Source: Selaginella moellendorffii
Taxonomy: Eukaryota > Plantae > Lycopodiophyta
Direction: 5' to 3'
DNA length: 64,000 nt
Assembly (NCBI RefSeq): GCF_000143415.4
Contig: NW_003314266.1
Span: 2,366,078 to 2,430,077, forward strand
The notes below the pieces were generated by a model. That model was not told where the DNA came from and did no database searches. It saw only the letters and a list, made by a program, of their open reading frames with translations. Below are positions 1 to 12,259 of this stretch, piece after piece. The translations under genes were made by a program, and so were the position numbers. The number at the start of each line of letters is the position of its first letter. Position 1 is the first letter of the stretch.

Positions 1-3000
1 CTCAAGGGGGGGGGGGGGGGGGGGCTGTGGGGGGTTCCAAATGTATAGTAAGGATAGTGGGTAGGTCGGGCATGGCTGACCAACTTGAGGCATAGTCTAG
101 CTCCCGCTTGCGTGCCTGTCCTTGTTCTGCGTCCGGCTTAGGTCTAAGCCCAAGTTCCATTTTCCATGCTAGTTGGTGGAGTACCCATGTCCTCGCGTTA
201 GGCCACCGGTATGCCGAAATAGCGCCAGACTCCGTTTGGCTCCGTTTTGCGTGCTGGTCCTGGCATTGGGATGCTGGTTACTCTAGGACTGTTCCAAGTC
301 GCTCCGGGCCCCTGTCCCTTTGCTCCTTAGGCTTTATGCTCGGGAGTTGCTCCGTGGTTCGGTTCCATCACTCCTTGGCTCCATGCTTGGGAGTTTGGCA
401 CCGTTCCTTCGTTCAGTGGCCCAAGGCCCTGAACCTCGGGTTCCTATAGACACGTGGCATCTGTCACGTGGCACAAAGAGGGTTAGGTTCCGCTTCGTGG
501 TGTTATCCTATGGTAAATCACCATAGGATAAAGGGTCAAAACCACGTGCGCTACATTTGGTATCAGAGAATGAATCTCAGCGAGTACTATTCAATGAGAT
601 TGGGCAACTAGTCTTGTTGCATACGCAGAGATGAAAACGATGATCCGAGTGGGTACACGTTTGGTGCAAAGGGTTTGCAATTGTTCCTTGGGTATGGATT
701 TGGTTACCTTGTTGTACCTTATGATGTGAGCTTGCTCTTTGGGCTTATAGGATGGATTTGAGATGCTCCGTTAGCACGAGTTTACGCTTGGGCTCGTGTG
801 TGAGGCACATTAGCAACTCAAGGTTACACTTTGAGTTGGCAGGATTAATGTTAGCCTATCGCTGGTTCCATAAGTTGTTCCATGTACCGTGGGTGAAAGT
901 AAGCCTTCCCTGAGTTTGCTATGAGTGGCAAATAGGTTGGTCCGTAGCTGTTTAGCACGGCACTAGTAGATCCTTCCTAGGCATGATTACAAGTGGATCA
1001 ACTAAGACTGTAGGGATTAGTCTATTGGTTCAAGTAATCATTGTCGTGCTCTCTCATAAACTTTTCTTGGATTGGACTGAAGGCAGTGCGAATGCAAGCT
1101 TGAGGTTTAGTCAAAGATGAGGCCGAAAAGAGAGTCATCAGGGACGAAGGATCAAACACGTAAATCATTTTCTCTTGGAGAGATGATTTGCAACGAGGTG
1201 TTAACTCATTGCTCATATTCATATTATGCAATCAAGAGTCCCTACCTTGATGCATCTTGGAGATGATGGTCTTACAAATGGTGAGTTGTGGGATGGATGG
1301 CGGTGAAGCGCTAAACCATTTTGTCTAGGCTTGCTATGGAAGACTGGGGTTGCAATGCTCAATTCTTTTCCGAGGAACCTTGCTATTGCTCCTTGTGTAG
1401 CTTGGTGTTGGATTAGTGTTGAGTTTGGTTGAAAAGAGAGTGGCATGAGTTTGTCCATGTTGTGAACAAAAGTTAGTGGTGCTGAGTGTTGTAAATCTCT
1501 ATCGGTGGAGTGTGGCATTTATGTTGCATTTTGTCGAATCGAGTTTGCACTTGATACTTACATAAACCTTTGAAGTAATGACATAGATATTACTCGTGGT
1601 GTTGCTCAATTGATGATCAAATCATTGTGAATTCCATATCATATCCATGTCATAATGAGCAATGTGTTTACGAAGTTGCTTGGTTAAATGATGATCAACC
1701 CCAAAGTGGTTGATGGTGAGGCTAGTCTACTTGCACGAAGTAGCATTGTAGTAGCTTTGACTAGATTCTCAATGGTGGTCCATTATGCTAAGTTTAAGTT
1801 GGCTCCTTGTTCTTTGTTTCCTTGAGGGTTTGCCCATAAAGTGTTGGAAAGGGTTGTAGCATTTGCTATAGCTCATTAGTTGATTCGTTAACACTTGGAG
1901 TAGATTGTTGGATAAAGAAGGTGTGAGGTTGAGGCATTGACATTACTAGCACTTGTGTTAGTAGAAGTGGCATTGTTATTTTAAGTGATGAGGAAGTTTC
2001 CTTAGAGCTTGATTTTTCTATGTCATTTTTCTTGTTAGTGTTTTGGCTTCACATTGGATTTTGAAGGTGATTGAAGAAGAGTGTTAGTGCAATGTGGATA
2101 TCCGAAAATATGGTCTTCGTGATCAAGCCTTGGATGTTCACTTTGCATTTTGCGGATGTCGGTGTTGGATGTCGGAAAAATGGGCAAAGATGTTCGATGC
2201 TTAAGCATACTATGGGTCATGAGAATTGGTGTTGAAGTGAATCTATGTGAAGTTGTTAGTAGGAGGAAGTTGGTTGAGTCTTGAAAGTTTGCATTCCTGG
2301 ATAAGAGTCATTCTTTCTCTAGGATGGAAAATTTTCCACAAATTTTCTTAGGCTTTTCCAATGGCTGATCTGTTGATCACTTTGTCCGAAAACCTTTCCG
2401 TTTCGTAAGCCAGTACAAACTAGTGAAGGGGTTGGAATTGACTTAGGTTAGCTTATACCTTAGTAGGTAGTTTGTATGATGCGACCCGAAAGGGATGCTA
2501 ACTTTTGGGGCTAAAAGCAATTGAGTTGGATAGAGTCTGGAGTTGATGTAAAAAGTGGCCGTTGCACTTTTCTAAGAAAGGTGACCCTTGTGCCTTTCTT
2601 CTGTAGCGTTATGCTTGGTGGCAGGTTGCACCTTGCATTTCGTTAGACTCGATGAGAGTAATGAGCTCTCACTGATCTTGACTTGGTCTTGGTAGCCTTG
2701 CGCCTTGGCTGAGGATGGTGATGTCCAACTTAGTTGTTTGCGGTTGAGATGTTGGTACCCATACTATAGCTATGTCTAAGTGGAGGTTGTGTACCGACAT
2801 GAGTCCATCTCATGGTCTTCGCTTGAGTTTCGACTTAGTGTTGATCATGCATAGCTAGCCTCTTCAAGGCATGCTCAGAGCTATTGGCTAAATGCTTTGG
2901 TGAGCTTATCACGGTTGAGTTGGATTCGAGTGGTCATTTAGTTTGTGCTTGTCTATGAACCTCTATCTCATCCATGAGGTATTATGTTCATGTTGGACAA

Positions 3001-4934
3001 GTATATGACTCGATGACATGAGTTTAGTGTTTGGGTCTTGTGAAGGCAAGTTGAAAGAGCGATTGTTAGTTGTTTTGCGACTAATGATTGCTTGTAGATT
3101 TTGTCGAAGACTGTGACACTTGCTTCATTTGATGATGATTCAGCAGTGATGGGCTTGCTTTACCAATTGGTGTTGCGGAGGATCGTGTTGTTAGACTTAC
3201 ATGGGTTTTCCATGTTGGCATATTGATTCTACCTCCGTTGATATCATTTGGTTGTGTTTAGTTCATAGTGTTGGATTTCATTGAGTCTTGGATGTGGTGA
3301 TTCACTCCTTGATTATGTGTTATCTGTAGCTGAGTATTATTGAAAGATTGGTCTCGGATACTGAGTAAAGTATCTTCGACTTTGGTTAGTTTAGTTGCTA
3401 GAGAGTTTTGAGTGGTGATTCACTCGTGCTTTCTTTTAGCTTTGTTATGGTGTTGATGGCATTGAAGTGATGCCTTGTCATTGATATTATTGATGTTGAG
3501 ATTCAAGTGAAATGAGATGTCTCTCTCTCGATTGATATTGAGTTTCATTAGTCTTGATAGAGATAGTGTTGATGATTTGGCTATGGCTTTGTGCTATTGG
3601 CATTTCATGCAATTGTTAGTTAGCAACTGTGTTGACGTTCAAATGAACTGAGTGACAAGTTTGAGTTAGTTGTGTTCTAGACGAGATTATTTAGTAGAGG
3701 GTTGAGCTTTTTCTGGAGTTGTTTCCTTGGCGGTATTCTAGACTCGAGTATGCATCGACGAGGACGTCGATCTTCCCTAGGGGGGGAGAGTGTCACGAAT
3801 GTGACTTCAGGTATCAAAAGTTACCTGTCGGCTAGTCCTTTCAGATACTCTTACCTTACTGTCACGATGGCAGGAGGTCGGTATTGCTGGGCCCGTTATC
3901 AGTCTCCACCTAAGCTAGTTGAGAAACTGGTCTTCGTGTGTGCACTTGACCAGATGGGCATAAGGACGGAATTCCTACGTGCTATTTGTCAAGCATACTT
4001 GACCTGGTTAGAGAAACTCATTCGTTGACTTGCACTTGCTAGTGTTGGGAACCCCCGCGATATTGAGATTGGTCCCTCAATATCGCTAGATGATAGCTTA
4101 CCGTGTCTGCCAAACACCCTCGCTATCATGCCCTTTGTGTTAGTCTCATTTCGGTTCCAAATGCTATTTATGGAAAGTGTCAGGATTTGCTCAATTGGCA
4201 TATCTACGGAATGTAGAGATCGGTCTGAACACAATGGTGGTCGTCCCATGTCCAAATTCGCAATTTAAGGACATTCCATATTTAATAAGTTTCGAGCTTG
4301 TCCCAGAGACTAACTCCTGATACTAAGGGAGGCTTGGGGTGAAAGCCCAAAGCGTGTGTTCCTCAAGGGGGGGGGGGGCTGTGGGGGGTTCCAAATGTAT
4401 AGTAGGGATAGTGGGTAGGTCGGGCATAGCCGATTAACCTGAGGCATAGTCTAGCTCCCGCTTGCGTGCCTGTCCTTGTTCTGCGTCCGGCTTAGGTCTA
4501 AGCCCAAGTTCCATTCCATGCTAGTTGGTGGAGTACCCATGTCCTCACGTTAGGCCACCGGTATGCCGAAATAGCACCAGACTCCGTTTGGCTCCGTTTT
4601 GCGTGCTGGTCTTGGCATTGGGATGCTGGTTACTCTAGGACTATTCCAAGTCGCTCCGGACCCCTGTCCCTTCGCTCCTTGGGCTTTATGCTCGGGAGTT
4701 GCTCCGTGGTTCGGTTCCATCACTCCTTGGCTCCATGCTTGGGAGTTTGGCACCGTTCCTTCGTTCAGTAGCCCAAGGCCCTGAACCTCGGGTTCCTATG
4801 GACACGTGGCATGGACACGTGGCATGTGACACGTGGCATCTGTCACGTGGCACAAAGAGGGTTAGGTTCCGCTTCGTGGTGTTATCCTATGGTAAATCAC
4901 CATAGGATAAAGGGTCAAAACCACATGCACTACA
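1..4934 (+). mobile_element. Non-autonomous Ty3/gypsy-type LTR retrotransposon (5' LTR cut by window edge)
   Basis: 5' LTR ends ...CTACA at 555, followed by tRNA-Met PBS TGGTATCAGAG (558-568). PPT AGGGGGGGAGAG (3779-3790) precedes the 3' LTR TGTCAC...CTACA (3791-4934). Bases 1-555 are near-identical to 4362-4934. The 3.2-kb interior has no long ORF. Confidence 0.9.
3791..4934 (+). repeat. 3' LTR (1144 bp, TG...CA)
   Basis: Starts TGTCAC right after the PPT, ends CTACA, and matches the partial 5' LTR at 1-555. Confidence 0.9.
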
Positions 4935-6064
4935 CAACTACCATTCAAGACTTTCTTTTTTACAAATATCAAGACTTTCTTAGTGCAAAGAACATAAGAA
5001 GGTATATGCTTTTTGCAAACATATGTATTATATCTTCATCAACACCATTTACCAAGATCCTAAAATAAACATTTATATACACTAAGTAAACCTTACTTAT
5101 ATCGAGTTGTAGAATTTTTTAGAGCTAATTAGATTTGCTAATATCATTGATATTTTTCTCTATCAATAATATAAATTTTTATACTTTAAAAAATTAATAA
5201 AAATATACTTTTCATTTCATATATTTATGAGTGTTCTTTTTGCAATAATAATTGTAATACTCATGTGTCTCTATTTCTATTATTGCTATCTCAAAAATCT
5301 TTCATGATAGTATTTTAGGGTAAAAGCATATATATCATCTTACTATGTTTATACTAGAAGCCAGAAATAGATAAAGCATTTTCTGAAAATCATAGAATTA
5401 TAATTTTCTAAAATAAGTTCTATCATATATTTATCTCTAACTCATAATCATTATCCTCTTTTTTTAATCTTTTGTAGGTTTGATTGTGTTATGTAATATT
5501 GTACCTCTTAACCCTACTACCTTAAGAAGAAAGATTGCAAGAGTTGAAACTACCAACACTAAAAACTATATATATTTGTATGTATTTCCCTCTTCTCAAA
5601 TAAAAGTGCTAATGAAATCCATAAATTTTAGACACTATAATATGATAAACCCTTCAATAATGTAATCTAGAAAAGAACTAAGTCTTTCTTTTATATGCAG
5701 CAAAATTATATTAATAGTTGTTTTTTACTATTCAAATGGTTATATGGCCTTGTAAAAGAATTTTATTTCATATTTAATAATTTTTAAATTCTATAGACAT
5801 GATATTCAAAAGTCAGAAGTGACAAGATTACTTTTTCTACAAATAAATCTTATTTTATTTTATATTCTGATAAACCTATTTATTATGGCACATAGTAAAT
5901 TCTTGGAAAAAATGTCTCCTCTATAAGATTTTTATCTATATAAAGTGTAGAGAGTTCTTAAAATATAGTATAAAGTTATTCACCATTACATAAAATATAT
6001 AAAATATTAAATTTATATTATTTAATTATAAAATGAATATAGATCCATTAATATGTTATTATTA

Positions 6065-7000
6065 TTAAAGTTTATTAGTCCATAGTAATTTTCTAAAATT
6101 TAAAAAATGAGAATTAATAGTAAGTTCTCCTGTGTCTTCTAATTTTAAAATGACAAGCTTTACACAATTTAAGCAATCAACCTTAGTTTCCCAAATAGTA
6201 AATTCTTTTTTATCCTTAATGATTAGCTTTCCATTCGGCTCAAGATGAAGCATACAGACTATACCAACTTTTCCAGTATTTGAAGACCATATGCTTTGTT
6301 TACTAATAATCTCTTCAATTATTAAGTTACAGTTACTTATAGTTGCTCTATATTTATTATTATCTGAGATTAAAGAATTCTCATTTATGATATGAGAGCC
6401 AAATAGTTCTAGAGGACCATTCATTAATATTGATCTATATGGCCAACAATATGATGTATCAAAATCAACAACATTTAAAATATTTGGTGGTGGATTTCTA
6501 TCATCAGGCAAACCTTTTGGATATTCCAAATTAGGGTATTGTTCATTGGGATTTCTTATAGGATTTCCAAGTGCTACAAAATCTATTGAAAAATATCTAT
6601 ATACTGTACCAATCATTCCTAAACCATAAAGACGAGTATGATATTCTACAAGTCGTAACATTTCAGAAAATGTATCTCTTACATATTGCCCTTGAAATAC
6701 AAAATAAGGTTGAAGAGATGGGCAAGCAAAGTTTCGTATTCTAGTAGGAACTATATAAATTCTTAGCATAACTTGTTGAGCACCAACAAGAATGGTATCA
6801 TAAATATAATATCCATTTGAACCAGGTACAATCAAACTACTACCATCAATAGTTTCAATCAAACGTCTTAAGTGATACATTATAGTGCTTATGTGACGCC
6901 TGCCAAAATGAGCAATATTGCCAAACCATCTAGTCTGTGGTGGTTGTGCTTGTGCAATACAGAAAATAAAAAACAAGAATAAAATTAACCTATAGATCAT
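6065..7000 (-). CDS. Secreted protein: unknown N-terminal domain + bulb-type lectin (family copy 1, intact, ~311 aa)
   Basis: Intronless ORF; ATG at 7000 with a TATA-like motif ~30 bp upstream; hydrophobic signal peptide ending AQA-QPPQTR; C-terminal SLIS.NNKYRA...IWSSNT...CMLHLEPNGKLII...IWET...LKLEDTGEL matches the B-lectin repeat pattern. Confidence 0.85.
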   Translation of the reverse strand: MIYRLILFLFFIFCIAQAQPPQTRWFGNIAHFGRRHISTIMYHLRRLIETIDGSSLIVPGSNGYYIYDTILVGAQQVMLRIYIVPTRIRNFACPSLQPYFVFQGQYVRDTFSEMLRLVEYHTRLYGLGMIGTVYRYFSIDFVALGNPIRNPNEQYPNLEYPKGLPDDRNPPPNILNVVDFDTSYCWPYRSILMNGPLELFGSHIINENSLISDNNKYRATISNCNLIIEEIISKQSIWSSNTGKVGIVCMLHLEPNGKLIIKDKKEFTIWETKVDCLNCVKLVILKLEDTGELTINSHFLNFRKLLWTNKL

Positions 7001-7690
7001 TTTTAGATGTAAAAGGATGATCAATGAAATTATATAGCATAAACTAACTGCCTAGGTGGAAAGTATAGCAGAAACTTACAAAATGGACAGCTGGCTTTGT
7101 TCGATGGTGAAATTCAACGGCAGCATCAAAGTTGTCAAGTCAACAAAAATCCAAGCTAATTGTGGTATTGTAATTTTGCACTTTTACCTCCAGCACTTTA
7201 CCAATTTTCAGCATTATTATCTTTACAATACTCATTATATCTGCAATCTCTCAGGATTTCTCAGGATGGCTACTCAAGACGAGTGGTACTCAAGAATAAA
7301 CTGCCCAAGCTTACAATATCACTGCTAGCACAAGCTTGAACGAGATCAACAGTGTGGCTCATTGCAGGATGAAATTGAACAATTTTGGTGAAAATACATG
7401 TTAAGAATAGTAACTGAAAAGATGACCGCTTTTTAGGTCGGAAAAACATATCAGCCGACACCTAATTTAGGCCTGGATGCATCAGCACGACAAGAACTTC
7501 GAGTCCTAATGGCCAACGTTATGCCACATGCAGTCTAGGTGCGCATGGCCACTCTACGATGTGTGCTAGTGTCATTCTTTCTGAAATTTTGCCACAAAAC
7601 CAAAAGAAATCCCTTGTTCGGGCTGGCAGTGTCTTGGAATCGCATGGACCAGCACAAACCTTGAGCAACTAATCTGGCATGACTTAACAT

Positions 7691-7862
7691 GTTTTGCAGC
7701 GGCATCCGTAAGTTAGTATCCATTTTGGTTTATTCATCAGATTGTGAGGATAACAAACCGAAGAGATTGAAAAGAAATTTGAAATATGACGTCGACACTT
7801 CTAATACAAGCTTATGTTTCTTTATGATCAGGTTGAAACTCTTGAAGAGATTGCAATCGCTG
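7691..7862 (+). pseudogene. Degenerate fragment of the PARP gene (paralog of ~39750-39990)
   Basis: Shares exon and intron sequence with PARP: ttttggtttattcatcagattg, taatacaagcttatg, atcaggttga, gagattgcaatcgctg; has internal deletions. Confidence 0.8.
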
Positions 7863-8100
7863 TACACGTAAGATGATGGGGAGGTTTTCCTTCTTAAGGT
7901 GTCTCTCTACAGGACACCCGAGCCGATGTGATTGATTGGCCATTTCACAGACGATGACTTTGTTGCGTTTTCCCGACGCGCTGACGTTCTCGCATTGCAC
8001 TAGATTTCGCAACCTCTTACATGAGTTTTTGCAGATCGGTTGAAACCTGGTGGCTATTTGTGATCAAAGAGAACATTAGACATGGTACAAGTAGTTTTTT

Positions 8101-9160
8101 GCTTGCTAAACAGTTTTGTGCTCTCCAGGTTTTGTTATTGACAAACTTGAAGTGTCACTCTCTCTGATCTATTGGAACCAAGGTCAGTTCTTATTTCTGA
8201 TAGCATACAGTAATTGATGTTTTCTTGTCCAGTTGCAAAAGGGGTTCCCTCGTGAATTGTTCGCAGTGAGAATGTATGCGTGTTGCAAGAAAATACTGCG
8301 CCAAGCTCTGCTTCGAAAGATGCTCGGGCATCAAAGGGGGCTAAAATGGACGGTACTTCTGATTTTCTACGCTCGATCCGGTGAGGTGGGCGATCCTGCG
8401 CGATTGTTTGATGCAATGCTGGAGGTGGATCTGGCATCGTGGACTGCTAGGTGCATTTGCCCAGCTTGGTGATCTGGAGTAATCGAAGAAAGTTTTAGAT
8501 GCAATGCCGGAACGCGACACCGCGATGCTGACCTCGTTCGGACAGAACGGATATCTGGAAGAAGTGTGTGGGATTTAACGGAGGAGAGAAACCATGTTTC
8601 CAAGACGGCGCTTCTTACTGTATACTCCTACAATGGATTTAAGAGATGTTTGCGAAAATGCTTTTGATGCATGCAAGATACGGCCAGATGGATGAAGCAA
8701 AGAATCTCTTTGATTGCATGCAAGAGAATGCTTACTGTATTTGCTCAGAACGGGAATCTTGAAGAAGCTAAGAATTTGTTTAGTGCCATGGAAGAAAGGC
8801 TGCCTATGCAAACTTGGGGCTTGTATCATCTTCCAAGAAAATCGTCTACGAAATTATTCAAATTCACTCCTAACAGATTATACAGAGAACGGGCAATTTG
8901 AAAAGGCTGTGAGCATCTTTCCAGTGATGTGTGAGCGGAATCTTCTCTCTTGGAACTCTGTTCCATTAGGAGAAACTAGTTCCAAGCAGCATTACAGCTT
9001 TTGTTGAGAAGAGCTGGACATCTGGATGATTATCAAGAACTTGTTTATTCAATGCGTTTTGTTGCTGATGCCTCAGTCCTTGTGCTAGTGCCAAGGAGAT
9101 TTGTGTGTGAGAGTGACATGACCCATCTAGTATCCTATATTCTCCTCAAACATTCTCTGT
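8101..9160 (+). pseudogene. Deletion-riddled copy of the PLS-PPR gene and its upstream region (paralog of ~36037-38035)
   Basis: Colinear blocks: gcttgctaaacagttttgtgct; ccagttgcaaaagggg; FYARSGEVGD.ARLFDAM.EVDLASWTA; VMCERNLLSWNS; SKQHYS; RAGHLDD.QELV.SM.FVAD. Many frameshifts. Confidence 0.85.
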
Positions 9161-9554
9161 GTTCTGGAAATAAGAACTACTAAACTATTTTTGTAAATGG
9201 CAATATTGTTTTTAAGTCAATATATTTGATACTAGATAATGTCTTGCAAAAGTGATACTGCGCCGGACCAATCTACTCGGGAGCAATCCTGTAGCAAGAA
9301 GAAGACGAAAAGGTCAGAAGTCAAGGCGGAGATATTGCAACTTAGAAAACCATTGGTTAGTGTGTGCATGCAACAATGTGTGGTCTTGGTCGTCTGTGGT
9401 CGTGCTTGTGCGAGCATAGTTGGTATTGGTGTGGTGTGTGCAAGTATTCCACCATGCCAACATAAATTATGCCTCATGTTGTTATTTGGTATCAAAACAT
9501 AGGTTAGATTAACCAAATTTAGTAAATATATGAATACACAATTTTGTTTTAATT

Positions 9555-10458
9555 TTATTTGAGTGGTTTATTTGTCCATATTACTGTTTTAAAACTATGA
9601 AAATAAGAACTAACAATAAGTTCTCCTTTGTCTTCTAATTTTAAAATAGCAACCTTTATACAATTCAAGCATTTAATATCAATTCCCCAAATAGTAAAAC
9701 CTTTATTATCTAGTATAACTACTTTTCCATTCGGTTGAAGATGAAGTAAACAAGTTATACCAACTTTTTCAGTATTTGTAGACCATATACTTTGTTTTAA
9801 AATAATATCTTCAATTATTAAGTTACAATTATTTATAGTTGCTCTATATTTATTGTTATTTGAAATTAGTGAATTTCCAGTTCTGATATAAGAGCCTGAA
9901 AATTTTAGAGGACCATTTATTAATGATGATCTATATAGCCAGCAAACCGATTTATCAGAATCTATGATATTTAAAATATTTGGTGGTGGATTTGTATCAT
10001 CAGGTAAACCTTTTGGATAATCAATAATAGGAAATGGTTCATTAGAATTCCTTATAGGATTTCCAAGTGCTATAAAATCTATTGAAAAGTACCTATAAAC
10101 TGTAATAATTACTCCTAGACCATAAAGACTTGCATGGTATTCTACAAGTCGTAATATTTGTGAAAATATATCTATTAAATATTGTCCTTGAAATTGATAA
10201 TTATAAGGAATAAATGGACAATTAAAATTTGTGATTCCATGTGGAAATATATATATTCTTATCATAACATTTTGAGCACCAACAACAATAGTATCAGAAA
10301 TAAAATATCCATTTTGACCAGGTGTAATCAAACTATTAGCACCAATACTTTGAATCAATCGTCTTAAATTATCTATGATAGTAGTTATATGCCGCCTACC
10401 AAAATGACCAATACTACCAAAGTGTCTAGTCTGTGGTGGTTGTGCAAAACAAAACACA

Positions 10459-10497
<39 letters not shown>

Positions 10498-10508
10498 CTA
10501 GGAGTCAT
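9555..10508 (-). CDS. Secreted protein: unknown N-terminal domain + bulb-type lectin (family copy 2, intact, 317 aa)
   Basis: Intronless ORF; poly-Leu signal peptide then FAQPPQTRHFG; YPKGLPDDTNPPPN; B-lectin-like C-terminus; alignable end to end with copy 1. Confidence 0.85.
10459..10497. repeat. (TAA)n microsatellite encoding the poly-Leu signal peptide of copy 2
   Basis: About 12 TAA units, read as TTA (Leu) codons on the minus strand. Confidence 0.9.
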
Positions 10509-12259
10509 ATTTTAATGTACAAATATGAACAACCCATTTAAATACTGGACTTCAACTTAGAAAGTTCCGTACAAAACTACAAATTGGATAGCTGGCATTT
10601 TTTTATGGTCATGAAATTGTGATCAACGAGCATGGTGACATTGAAGTTGTTAAATTGTCTAAACATAGAATAGAAAATTGCATTATAGTTTTGGTTTATA
10701 AAACATATATGTAAAATATTTTAATTATATTAGTTTTGCATATGGATCATCCAATTGGGACTGAATCGTCCATTCTTGTATACAAAAAAATATAAAATAT
10801 TTTTAATTTTTTTTATCAAATGCCAAATTCAAAATTTATGTCAATTCAACAAAATGGTACTTGTAAATATTTGCGTTTTATTAATAAACTATGAGATTAA
10901 AAGACACAAATGCATAACTCTAGTAGTGATACATAAGGTATTCTTGAATTTGTGGATCTCACAAGAGTTATAAAAAGGTAAAAATACAATGATTTTTAGC
11001 AGAATAAAAATTCCATCAACATCTTAAAAAACAACACAAAAAGAACACTCTATCTAGCAGACATCTAGCCAACATTTGGTGAGTGGTAACACTATAGTTG
11101 GTGCTACTTCTAAACACCCACTATAGTGGGTACATTGATTGTGGAGGCTTCCCATATGTATTGCCATGCACCAAAATAAACAATGTTGATTTATGTTGCC
11201 GATATGTTCTTATTAAAATATACCTAATCATCAAATCTAGGGTTCGCATGAAAAACAAACAAGAGCGACTGGCTAAACACACTCATAGCCTCTCAGCATC
11301 TCCCTGAGAGGTAGACAATAGCGTCACTACTTGCTTAGCCCTACCAAGGGCCTTGGCAATTTGTTTAGAGCCACTTTATTTCATTTTCCAACCGCAAGCA
11401 GGGCCGTTGGCATAGCTAACTTGCCTCCTCATCTTGGTGCTATTAGCTTCCTACACCAGTTAGCCCCTCCCATTTTAGAACAGTGACGATTTTAAAAGCA
11501 TTCCAGGGTTTTCATGCTCTAACACCGATAACAATGGGTCATGTTGCCTCGACACCTAGCTTCCCAAGGATTCGATTTGCGGATGATGTCATATAACACG
11601 AGGACGAGAGCTTTGCCAAGCGCATGGAGAGACAACGAACGGGATAGTAGGATTGGGGATCAGCTGTCACTGTATTGACAAAACCTAGTTGATAGAAAGA
11701 TCTCAATAGCGATGCTGCCAAAGGTCAAGTGAACGATAAAAAGGAACAAGTGAGGAGAAAGAAGAAAAAAAAAGAGGAAGCTAAAATGGTAAGAGCTTGC
11801 AAAAGGTTTGCACAAATCATCATGTCATGTTCTAGAAGAGATTCATTTAAAGCTGTTAACACGAGCTTGTTACTGTTCTGTGATACGTTTGTTTGAATCA
11901 TACACATTCTGCCTAGTTTCATACAAAGGCCTAGTTTCATGAGAAAGTGCTACCCCAATTTGGAATTTTATATACTATTTTAATATTACAAAACTGAAAG
12001 AAAATTTTATATAATTAGTACTAATATATCTCCATTATAATGTGTTTTATTTCTAATAAAGTTTTTTGCAACCTAATAGATAATATATTAGAACACTACA
12101 AAGAAATTATAAGTGCCATGTTCTTGAGCTATCTTCTTTCTGCAAGAAAAGTAAAAGTGGAAACATGATAAAAAAAATGATGAAATTTTCTGCCTACAAT
12201 ATAAAAGTAGTCTGTCACAAAAGAACCTAAAAAAAAAAACAAGAAAAAAGAACCACCGA

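Noticed and set aside
108-526. Short ORFs repeated at 4550-4905, 3702-4255 and 29010-29949
   Set aside because: They lie inside LTR copies, have no protein motifs, and recur only because the LTR is repeated.
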